The notes under the pieces: generated by a model
Database searches by the model: none
Seen by the model: the letters and a program-made list of their open reading frames with translations, nothing else
What the model was told of the DNA's origin: nothing
Shown: positions 9,168 to 17,009 of the stretch, in pieces
Numbering within the stretch: position 1 is the stretch's first letter
How the letters are laid out: the number at the start of each line of letters is the position of its first letter
Position numbers and translations under genes: made by a program
Source of the DNA: Tubiluchus corallicola
Lineage: Eukaryota; Animalia; Priapulida
Assembly (NCBI GenBank): GCA_030141605.1
Contig: JAQGDQ010002488.1
Coordinates: 1 to 19,254 of the forward strand
Length of the DNA stretch: 19,254 nt
Direction: 5' to 3'

Positions 9168-10169
9168 ATGATAAAATTACGGTCATTATTTGTGTTTTTA
9201 CTTTTGTTGTTTGTATTGGCTTGCCAAAATACCTCAAGAAAGGATTTGCTGCCAAGTGTAACGGGTAAAGCGGGACAAATATTGGTAGTAATGGATACTG
9301 CTTTGTGGAACGGGCAAGTAGGGGAGAAAATAAAGTCTGTTTTTTATCAGGAGTATGCTGGCTTACCTCAACCTGAACCTTTGTTTGACCTTTTGAATAT
9401 ACATTCTACTGTTTTTTCTGATCTTTTTAAAACAAATAGAAATATTGTATTTGTAAAATTTAATAAGAATCTGGAAAAGTCTAAGATTACCTTTTTGAGG
9501 AATGTATGGGCTGCTCCGCAAGCATGTGTTCAAATTTTTGTTAAAAGCTATAAGGAGCTTTTGGAGATATTAGATGGAAGTGAAAGTAAAATGTTGTCAT
9601 TTTTTATAGAGGCAGAAAGGGGGAGAATTGTTGCTAGTTACAAAAAAAATCTTTCTATAGACATTCAACGCTTGTTGCACAGTAAATATAGTATAGATAT
9701 GGTGGTGCCTCGTAACTTTAAGGTGGGGCAGGAACGCGATGATTTTCTTTGGCTGGCTTATGAAACAAATAAAGTAAGTGTAGGTGTATTGCTTTATAAG
9801 TACAAGGCGACTGTTCCTATTACGAAGGACTATCTTATTGCGCAAAGAGACGTTGTTTTAAGAAAGTATATAAAAGGCCCTACAAGAGAGAACTCGTATA
9901 TGACTACGGAAAAGAGGTTTGCCCCTACGATGCGTTCAACCACATTCAATGATAATGATGTGTGGGAGCTGCGTGGACTGTGGCGGGTGGAAAATGATTA
10001 TATGGGGGGTCCCTTTGTGAGTTATTCTATGCTGGACGAAGAGAGCCAAGAGATGATAACAGTAGAAGGCTGGGTGTATGCTCCTAATGCAAAGAAGCGA
10101 GAATATATGAGACAAGTGGAGGCAATTCTAAAAACAACAACTTTAATGTCTAAAAATAAGACAGAATAA
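9168..10169 (+). CDS. DUF4837-family lipoprotein
   Basis: Signal peptide ending in the lipobox VLAC; motifs LLPSVTGKAGQILVV, GLPQPEPLFDL, WAAPQ, ELRGLWRVENDYMGGPFVSY and VEGWVYAP, as I recall them for this Bacteroidota family. Confidence 0.85.
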   Translation: MIKLRSLFVFLLLLFVLACQNTSRKDLLPSVTGKAGQILVVMDTALWNGQVGEKIKSVFYQEYAGLPQPEPLFDLLNIHSTVFSDLFKTNRNIVFVKFNKNLEKSKITFLRNVWAAPQACVQIFVKSYKELLEILDGSESKMLSFFIEAERGRIVASYKKNLSIDIQRLLHSKYSIDMVVPRNFKVGQERDDFLWLAYETNKVSVGVLLYKYKATVPITKDYLIAQRDVVLRKYIKGPTRENSYMTTEKRFAPTMRSTTFNDNDVWELRGLWRVENDYMGGPFVSYSMLDEESQEMITVEGWVYAPNAKKREYMRQVEAILKTTTLMSKNKTE

Positions 10170-10208
10170 TTTAAGAGGTGAAGTCGGAAAAGTGCTTTCT
10201 ATTAAAAC

Positions 10209-10241
10209 TACCTTTGCATTGATAACATTTTCATATATTTG
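10209..10241 (+). promoter_or_regulatory. Putative promoter(s) for the PpiD-like gene: TACCTTTG (10209-10216) and TATATTTG (10234-10241)
   Basis: Two TAnnTTTG matches in the intergenic region; the TTTG of the first lies 17 nt upstream of the second and could serve as its -33 element. Confidence 0.55.
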
Positions 10242-10278
10242 TAAAATATTTTAAACTATTACAACATTAATTAGAATT

Positions 10279-12387
10279 ATGGCAGCTTTAGAAGAGATAA
10301 GAAAAAGAGGAGTATTGATTGTTTTTATTATTGGTATTGCTTTGTTGGCTTTTTTATTAACAGATTTTTTAACGTCAGGAAGTTCTTTTCTAAGAGGTGC
10401 TAACAGCGATGTTGCACAGGTGTGGGGGAAGTCAGTGAATATTGGAGAATATCAAGAGCGAATTAATGATATTTCAGAGATATATTCTTTTGCAAATAGA
10501 GCTTCTATGAGTGAAGAAATGAGAAAAGGTCTTCAGGAGGATATTTGGGAGCAAATGATACACGAAAAGCTATTGAAGGATAGTTATAGTAATTTGGGTA
10601 TTGATGTTACACAAGCTGAGTTTCAAGAAGTAGCCTTGGGAGAATCTTTGCACTCTTTGATACGACAGCAGTACGGTAATGTAGCAAGAGAAGATTTGAT
10701 AAGATTTTTAAATCAAAGAGATTTTCAATCTGTACAAGGAAAGCACTGGCAACATTTTATAGAGAAACCCATAGTAAAACAATTGATGTTTTCTAAATAC
10801 ACTACTTTAGTAAAGCAGGGTATAGGTTACAACAACAGTCAAGTAAAGACTACACAGAATCAAAATAATAATAACGTATCGTTTAATTATGTTGTTAAAC
10901 CTTATACTTCTTTGTCAGATGATGAAATACAAATATCCCAAGAAGAGATAAAAGATTATTATAATCAACACAAGGAAAGGTTTAAGCAAAAGGAAGAAGA
11001 AAGGAATTTAGAATATGTATCTTTTGAGATAAAGCCTTCGGAGGAAGATTATGAAAAAGCAGAGGAAGAAATTACCATTGTAAAATCAGAGTATGAAAAG
11101 TTAACAGAATATGATGAGATAGTAAATTATGTAAACTACACTTCGGATGTGCCTTACAGTGCCATTAATCTTAATGAAGACCAAGTAGAAGATGAACTAA
11201 AAAAGTTTGCTTTTTCTTCGAAGGTAGGAGATGTTTATGGCCCTTATTTTGAGAATGATGCTCAAAAAATAGTTAAATTATCAGCTATTAATTATCTGCC
11301 AGATTCAGTAAAAGCCCGACACGTACTTCTTAAGCCAAGTGAGATGTACAATACATTAGAGGAATTGCAAGCATTTGCCGATAGTTTAAAGGGAGTGATA
11401 GAGAAAGGAGGAGCTTTCTCAGAGATAGCACAGCAATATTCAGATGATGGCAGTTCGTCTCAGCAAGGTGGCGAGTTAGGGTGGTTTTCAGAGGGAATGA
11501 TGGTTAAGCCCTTTAATGATTCTTGTTTTTCTAAGAAAAAAGGGGAAATTTTTACTGTGCAAACTAACTTCGGAATACACGTAGTGCAGATACAAGACCA
11601 AAGCCCCAAAGCAAAAAAAGTGCAATTAGGAACTGTAGTAGTAGAAGTTGCACCCACCACAAAAACGATGGAAGGTATCTATGCCAAAGCAAGTGTGTTT
11701 GCTAGTAAGTTGGCACAAAAACAAAATTTTGATGAAATAGCAAAAGAATTAAAATTAGCCAAAAGAGTAGCCTATAGTATAACAAGCCAATCTTATAGTA
11801 TATTGGGAATAACTAGTGCCAGGGAACTTGTGCGGTGGGCTTATGCTAATAATGAGGAGAGTATATCACCTATTTTGGAGATGGATAATAAGTATATAAT
11901 AGCCAAACTCTCAAAAGTAAAAGAGAAAGGATATTTGCCCATTGATGAAGTGGAGAATCAGATAAAGGCAGAATTGATGAATGAAAAGAAAGCCAATAAA
12001 TTTATAGAAGAAATAAGTGCTTACTTAAAAGAACAAAAAAGTATACAAGAGTTGGCAAAAGATATAAATACCTCAGTAGAGCATATACAAGATGCAAATA
12101 TTCAATCAAGCTACACTCCAGTATTAGGCAATGAATTAAGTGTCGTAGCAGTAGCATTAGATACAGAAGTTAATGAACTCTCTAAACCTATAAAAGGCAA
12201 ATTTGGAGTATACGTGATAAGTGTAACTTCTAAGAAGGAGATAGAAACGAATGTAACTTCAAAGCAAATAAAACTACAACAAAGACAAATGTATTCTTAT
12301 ATGATAGAAAACCCAAGTTTTAACCTTGTAGTTAATACTTTAAAAGAAGTAGCTAATGTGGAAGATTATAGGGTGAAATTTTACTAA
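10279..12387 (+). CDS. PpiD-like membrane-anchored periplasmic chaperone / peptidyl-prolyl isomerase (SurA N-terminal plus parvulin domain)
   Basis: N-terminal TM (IGIALLAFLL); parvulin motifs VKARHVLL, YSDDGSSSQQGGELGWF, MVKPFND and TNFGIHVVQ; C-terminal VEDYRVKFY. Confidence 0.9.
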   Translation: MAALEEIRKRGVLIVFIIGIALLAFLLTDFLTSGSSFLRGANSDVAQVWGKSVNIGEYQERINDISEIYSFANRASMSEEMRKGLQEDIWEQMIHEKLLKDSYSNLGIDVTQAEFQEVALGESLHSLIRQQYGNVAREDLIRFLNQRDFQSVQGKHWQHFIEKPIVKQLMFSKYTTLVKQGIGYNNSQVKTTQNQNNNNVSFNYVVKPYTSLSDDEIQISQEEIKDYYNQHKERFKQKEEERNLEYVSFEIKPSEEDYEKAEEEITIVKSEYEKLTEYDEIVNYVNYTSDVPYSAINLNEDQVEDELKKFAFSSKVGDVYGPYFENDAQKIVKLSAINYLPDSVKARHVLLKPSEMYNTLEELQAFADSLKGVIEKGGAFSEIAQQYSDDGSSSQQGGELGWFSEGMMVKPFNDSCFSKKKGEIFTVQTNFGIHVVQIQDQSPKAKKVQLGTVVVEVAPTTKTMEGIYAKASVFASKLAQKQNFDEIAKELKLAKRVAYSITSQSYSILGITSARELVRWAYANNEESISPILEMDNKYIIAKLSKVKEKGYLPIDEVENQIKAELMNEKKANKFIEEISAYLKEQKSIQELAKDINTSVEHIQDANIQSSYTPVLGNELSVVAVALDTEVNELSKPIKGKFGVYVISVTSKKEIETNVTSKQIKLQQRQMYSYMIENPSFNLVVNTLKEVANVEDYRVKFY

Positions 12388-12508
12388 TAGAAAACCTTAT
12401 ATCTAATTTTTAAATTAAAATATACTCAAAAAAGGCTTTTTTTATATTTAGTTAATAGAAAATCTTACTATTGCTTTAAGTCATAGTACTATAAAAATCA
12501 GGCAAAGA

Positions 12509-12916
12509 ATGATATACAAACTACAACTTATAGTCTCTGAGGATAAGAACTTTGTTAGAGAAATTGAAATAGGGGAAGAGCAAACTTTTCAGGACTTGCA
12601 TAATTTGCTTATAAAAGATTTGCAGTATGATCCGGGTCAGATATATTCATTTTTGATACTTGATAAGCAAGAAAACACAACACAAGAAATAACGCTTTTT
12701 GAGCCAGAAGAAAATATGCCTAATACATACGCTATGGACGTTTCAACTATAGGCGAGTTTATAACTGATGAGCATCCTAGTTTTTTTTATGTTTTTGACA
12801 TTATCAATTATAGAACCTTTAAAGGAAAATTAATAGGGAAAGAACAAACGGCAGCCCTTAGAAATTATCCTTGTGTTACACATACTCAGAACAAGCCACC
12901 AAAGCAAATAATATAG
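12509..12916 (+). CDS. pRiA4b ORF3-like (IS1096 passenger TnpR-like) family protein, short form
   Basis: FVREIEI...TFQDLHNLL...YD and FFYVFD..., YP pattern resembles the chromosomal Bacteroidota members of this family. Confidence 0.65.
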   Translation: MIYKLQLIVSEDKNFVREIEIGEEQTFQDLHNLLIKDLQYDPGQIYSFLILDKQENTTQEITLFEPEENMPNTYAMDVSTIGEFITDEHPSFFYVFDIINYRTFKGKLIGKEQTAALRNYPCVTHTQNKPPKQII

Positions 12917-12920
12917 TGGT

Positions 12921-13379
12921 ATGGAAATAAACAATCAAAAAACAGTAACAAAAGTAAAACTCGCTTACAGAATAGCACTTTTGCTTTATCTTATAATAAT
13001 TGTAACTGTAGTTATATTTCAATACGCTCCAAACTACATTGTGGAAATAACATCAACTGTTTTGTTTGCCTTGTGTATTATTTTTGCTTTTGTGAGGAAG
13101 TATCATTACATACACTTACGTATTGTGTCTAACAGAATAACTCTTCGCTATTACCCTGTTAGTCTGCTGCCTGTAAGGTACAATGTTATACAGATACCTG
13201 TGCATACATTCGACCATTTTAAGTTGCAAACAGCCCATTTAGGGCTAAGAAAAACTATTGTATTATACCAAAGTTTAAGAGCTGGAACTGCCAAGTATCC
13301 TCCTGTAAGTACCACACTCCTGACCAAAGAACAGAGAGACAACTTCATTCAAGCCCTCATTAAATTCTCTAAACCATAG
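12921..13379 (+). CDS. Hypothetical membrane protein (two N-terminal TM helices plus a basic soluble domain)
   Basis: 152 aa ORF starting 4 nt after the previous stop and filling the gap up to the convergent gene; hydrophobic segments at about aa 15-35 and 40-58. Confidence 0.7.
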   Translation: MEINNQKTVTKVKLAYRIALLLYLIIIVTVVIFQYAPNYIVEITSTVLFALCIIFAFVRKYHYIHLRIVSNRITLRYYPVSLLPVRYNVIQIPVHTFDHFKLQTAHLGLRKTIVLYQSLRAGTAKYPPVSTTLLTKEQRDNFIQALIKFSKP

Positions 13380-13380
13380 T

Positions 13381-15057
13381 TTATCTTACATAAAGTATAT
13401 CCTCAAACTTTACTTTATCTACTAATAATTCTTTTGCTTTCAGTACTGTAGAATCTTTCTCCAAAGAAGAAATTATTTCACCCTTCAAGTAATAAAAACG
13501 TCGTACAATCTCGCCACGTAAGAGATCCCTCACCACATTTTCATTGAGCATAATATCATCTCCTATTTTGTGCGACAACTTATTTTTTAGAATCTCAATA
13601 TTTTCCTCAATGTTTTTAAAATACTTGTCTTTCTTTGTGGCTTCTATAAATTTATTTAAAACTTCTTGACTTTCAGATTCATACTCAAATTCTTTGTCTT
13701 TAACAAAATCAATAAAATCCTCTAAAATTTCATCTGTTATTGTAAATTCAGCAGCAGGCGAAATACCTTCTTTTTCGTGTTCGAAATAAAATTTTGTGGC
13801 AAAATCACTTAACAAGTAATTTTCACCTAATTTATAAATGATACGATTATATTCGTTCAATTCCATTTCTATATCAGGCATAATACCCCCTCCATCATAT
13901 ACGCTCCTTCCATTCTTGGTTTTAAATTCTGATATCAAAGAATCAGGAATTTTACCTACACTACCATCTTCATTTCTATTAGAATAATTCAAAGTTTGAA
14001 TACATCTTCCACTTGGAATATAATATTTAGAAATTGTTAGTTTCAATTTTGTATTATAAGTCAAGTCTCTTGTGCTTTGTACCAAGCCTTTTCCAAAAGT
14101 TCTACGCCCCAAAACAACACCTCTGTCTAAGTCTTGAATAGCACCTGCTACAATTTCTGATGCTGAAGCTGACCCTCTATCTACCAAGACAACCAAAGGA
14201 ATTTCCATATCTAAAGCCTTTGCAGAAGTTTTATAAGTTTTGTTTTGTGCTTCTATTCTTCCTTTTGTAGAAACAATCTCCTCATCTTTGTCTACAAAAA
14301 TGTTTACTACATTTACTGCCTCGTTTAACAAACCACCAGGGTTGCCGCGTAAGTCTAAGATTAAGTAACCCAAATTATTGTTCTCTCTTAGTCTTATTAA
14401 GTTCATTTTTACATCATTGGCACATCCATCTGTAAAATTAGATAATCTAATATAACCTACAGAATCATTTAGCATACCTGCATAGGGCACAGGAGGAATT
14501 GCAATTTTTTCTCGTGTTATTTTTACTTTTAAAGGTTTTTTCTTGCCATATCGTTCAATTATAACCTCTACTTCAGTGGCAATCTGACCTTTCAATAGAG
14601 TTGAAATGTCTGAAGGACTCTTGCCAACTACGCCTTTTCCATTCACCTCTAATATTTTATCTCCTACTTTTAGGCCAGCTTTGTCAGCAGGAAAACCTTC
14701 ATAAGGTTCGGAAATTAACACATAATCTCCTCGTTTAGTTATTAGAGCGCCAATTCCAGCGTATTCACCCGTAGTCATAAACTTTAAATCCTCTAGTTTA
14801 GATTCGGAAATGAAATTTGTGTAAGGGTCTAGTGAACTTAGCATTTCATCAATGCTTTTCTTTATCAACTCTTCAGGATCAATAGGATCTACATAAAAAA
14901 TATTTAATTCTTTGAGCAGAGTGTAGTAAATATCTAAGTTTTTTGCCAGTTCGAAGTTACTGTCGTCATCATTAGAGAATCCCAGTGATATAGCTATGAG
15001 TGCAACTACACAACATATAGCTAATAATTTCAATATTTTTTCTTTTATTCTTTTCAT
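13381..15057 (-). CDS. S41-family C-terminal processing protease (CtpA/Prc-like) with PDZ domain
   Basis: LDPYT, GIGA, PADKAGLKVGD (PDZ), DLRGNPGG, SASASEI (catalytic Ser), FGKG (catalytic Lys), GGGIMPD; N-terminal signal/TM segment. Confidence 0.95.
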   Translation of the reverse strand: MKRIKEKILKLLAICCVVALIAISLGFSNDDDSNFELAKNLDIYYTLLKELNIFYVDPIDPEELIKKSIDEMLSSLDPYTNFISESKLEDLKFMTTGEYAGIGALITKRGDYVLISEPYEGFPADKAGLKVGDKILEVNGKGVVGKSPSDISTLLKGQIATEVEVIIERYGKKKPLKVKITREKIAIPPVPYAGMLNDSVGYIRLSNFTDGCANDVKMNLIRLRENNNLGYLILDLRGNPGGLLNEAVNVVNIFVDKDEEIVSTKGRIEAQNKTYKTSAKALDMEIPLVVLVDRGSASASEIVAGAIQDLDRGVVLGRRTFGKGLVQSTRDLTYNTKLKLTISKYYIPSGRCIQTLNYSNRNEDGSVGKIPDSLISEFKTKNGRSVYDGGGIMPDIEMELNEYNRIIYKLGENYLLSDFATKFYFEHEKEGISPAAEFTITDEILEDFIDFVKDKEFEYESESQEVLNKFIEATKKDKYFKNIEENIEILKNKLSHKIGDDIMLNENVVRDLLRGEIVRRFYYLKGEIISSLEKDSTVLKAKELLVDKVKFEDILYVR

Positions 15058-15111
15058 ATTTAGCTATCAAAAATATTATTTCAATATTGTTATTATTTAG
15101 ATATTAGAATA

Positions 15112-15119
15112 CAAAGTTA
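15112..15119 (-). promoter_or_regulatory. Putative -7 element (TAACTTTG) for the S41 protease gene
   Basis: Plus-strand CAAAGTTA is the reverse complement of TAACTTTG, 54 nt upstream of the start codon. Confidence 0.5.
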
Positions 15120-15197
15120 GCAAATAAAATACATAGAATACTGTAATAGTATTATTCATAGAACTTTAGACAGATATATTGTTGTTATAATTTCTCT

Positions 15198-16445
15198 TTA
15201 TATTTTTCTATTGCTATCGAAGTTCTCTAAATATTCAGCAATTCGTTGTAAGAATACTCCTCCAAGACCTCCATCAATTACCCTATGGTCGTAGGTCAAT
15301 GTTAGCATCATAATATTTCTTATGCCAATAGTTTCGCCTTTGGAAGTTTCTACAACTGCTAGTTTTTTCTTTATTGTCCCTACTGCTAAAATAGCACATT
15401 CTGGTTGGTTAATAATGGGAATACCTGCCAGATTGCCAGTAGTTCCTACGTTAGAGATAGTAAAAGTTCCTCCTTGAATGTCGCTAGGAGGTAATTTATT
15501 AGCACGTGCTTTGGTAGTGTTACTGTTTACACTATTAGCCAGTTGTAGCAAGTCTTTTTTGTCAGCGTTCTTTACCACAGGTACTATCAAGTTGTTATCA
15601 GGCAGTAGGGTAGCAATACCTATATTGATATTCTTTTTCAATATAATACTAGTACCATCTACTGAAACATTGATAGCAGGAAAATCTTTTAGAGCTTTGG
15701 CTACAGCCTCTACTATAATGGGGGTGATAGTTAGTTTTAGATTGTCTCTAACGAGTAACATTTCTTTCATCCTATTTCTCCATTCTACAATGGCTGTCAT
15801 ATCTGCTTCTGTGAAAGAAGTAACATGTGGTGAAATTTGCTTAGACCTTACCATATTATCAGCAATGATACTACGCATTCTTCCCATTTCAATTATTTCA
15901 TCACGGCTTCCACTTTTTTCCACATCGATTTTCCCCTTGTTACGGGCAAGATAGTCCAGCACATCTTCCTTTGTTATTCTATTACCTGCCCCAGTACCTA
16001 CTATTTTTTCTAACTCTTTTAATGGTATACCCTCTTTTAAAGCAATGTTCCTTACCAATGGAGATAATAGCCCTCCAGTAGTTGTTTTATGAGGTAAAAT
16101 TTGGGAAATATCTTTTTTATCAATTGTTTCCTCGTGCTTAAAATTGTTTGTGGTTTCTTCTTTTTTTGTAGTAGTAGGAGTTGTAACTTTATCTGTCTCA
16201 TCGCTATCTGTTTTTAAGATAGCAATCACATCGCCTATTTGAGGTGTATCGTTTTCTTTAAGCAGAAATTTTTCTATTATTCCATTTGCTGGAGCTGGAA
16301 CTTCAGAATCTACTTTATCAGTGGCTACTTCTATTAGGGGAGTATCTTCTTCTACATAATCGCCTTCACTCACCAAAATTTTTGTAATAGTTGCTTCAAA
16401 TACACCTTCTCCCATAGCAGGCAGAAGAATCTCCATTTTCGACAT
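15198..16445 (-). CDS. 2-oxoacid dehydrogenase E2, dihydrolipoamide acyltransferase (probably branched-chain type)
   Basis: One lipoyl domain (EVATDKVDSEVP), peripheral-subunit-binding domain (SPLVRNIA...GTGAGNRITKEDV), catalytic YDHRVIDG. Confidence 0.93.
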   Translation of the reverse strand: MSKMEILLPAMGEGVFEATITKILVSEGDYVEEDTPLIEVATDKVDSEVPAPANGIIEKFLLKENDTPQIGDVIAILKTDSDETDKVTTPTTTKKEETTNNFKHEETIDKKDISQILPHKTTTGGLLSPLVRNIALKEGIPLKELEKIVGTGAGNRITKEDVLDYLARNKGKIDVEKSGSRDEIIEMGRMRSIIADNMVRSKQISPHVTSFTEADMTAIVEWRNRMKEMLLVRDNLKLTITPIIVEAVAKALKDFPAINVSVDGTSIILKKNINIGIATLLPDNNLIVPVVKNADKKDLLQLANSVNSNTTKARANKLPPSDIQGGTFTISNVGTTGNLAGIPIINQPECAILAVGTIKKKLAVVETSKGETIGIRNIMMLTLTYDHRVIDGGLGGVFLQRIAEYLENFDSNRKI

Positions 16446-16480
16446 AATAAAAGAAATAAATTTATATTAAATTCAATATA

Positions 16481-16488
16481 CAAATTTA
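16481..16488 (-). promoter_or_regulatory. Putative -7 element (TAAATTTG) for the E2 gene
   Basis: Plus-strand CAAATTTA in the divergent intergenic region, 35 nt upstream of the E2 start. Confidence 0.5.
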
Positions 16489-16563
16489 AGCAATAAAATT
16501 ATATGGTCTCTTATTTTTAATAAATAAAAGAAGTTTGATATTATGAATGTTTTTAAAAAGATA

Positions 16564-16571
16564 TATATTTG
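16564..16571 (+). promoter_or_regulatory. Putative -7 element (TATATTTG) for the START-like/lptF-G pair
   Basis: TATATTTGCG, 31 nt before ATG 16603, divergent from the E2 promoter. Confidence 0.55.
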
Positions 16572-16602
16572 CGAAGGAAATTGAAACTTAAATGAAAAAG
16601 CT

Positions 16603-16986
16603 ATGTCAGAAAAAAAGAAATTTCAAATAGAATTTGTTTTCAATATATCAATACCTATGCTTTATGAAAGACTAAGTACTCCTACTGGTTTGGCGGAATG
16701 GTTTGCAGATGATGTAAATATAAAAGATGGTAATTTGAGGTTTATCTGGGATGGGTCAGAACAAGAAGCCAAAGTGCTTAAAAAGAAGAAAAATGAACTT
16801 ATACGCTTCAAATGGTTGGATGATGATGATGAGAATACTTATTTTCAATTTTATCTTAAAAAAGATGAACTAACCAATGAAGTAGCTCTTATTATTACAG
16901 ATTTTTCGGATGCAGATGATTTAGAGGAGAATAAAGAGCTGTGGTACACTCAGATAAAGCAACTGCAACGAAGATTAGGAATGTAA
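16603..16986 (+). CDS. START-like domain protein (Bacteroidota START_2 type)
   Basis: LSTPTGLAEWFADDV, FIWDGSE, IRFKW, DELTNEVALIITDF and LW..QI..L..RLG pattern. Confidence 0.88.
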   Translation: MSEKKKFQIEFVFNISIPMLYERLSTPTGLAEWFADDVNIKDGNLRFIWDGSEQEAKVLKKKKNELIRFKWLDDDDENTYFQFYLKKDELTNEVALIITDFSDADDLEENKELWYTQIKQLQRRLGM

Positions 16987-17009
16987 AAGTTTTTCAGCTC
17001 TTTTATCTT

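Noticed and set aside
11110-11137. TTATGTAAACT (11127-11137), resembling a XerD-type dif arm
   Set aside because: The partner arm (TATGATGAGAT) fits poorly, and the site is explained by the codons for NYVNY inside the PpiD-like CDS.
12428-12443. AAAAAAGGCTTTTTTT as a terminator after the PpiD-like gene
   Set aside because: The stem is almost all A-U with essentially no loop; too weak to call.
12509-12916. Mobile element suggested by the pRiA4b/IS1096-passenger family label
   Set aside because: No transposase, integrase, terminal inverted repeats or target duplications are visible.
13383-13410. Minus-strand AAGTTTGAGGA-TATACT-TTATGTAAGAT, dif-like and located at the convergence point
   Set aside because: Only one arm resembles the consensus, the other lacks the inner ATAA, and it lies within the S41 coding sequence.
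15478-15954. 158-aa plus-strand ORF
   Set aside because: Entirely antisense to the conserved E2 catalytic domain, with no recognisable motif; a shadow ORF.
16941-17009. 23-aa N-terminal extension of the LptF/G ORF given in the track
   Set aside because: It starts at a GTG inside the START-like gene and shows no family resemblance; ATG 17010 gives the typical N-terminus.
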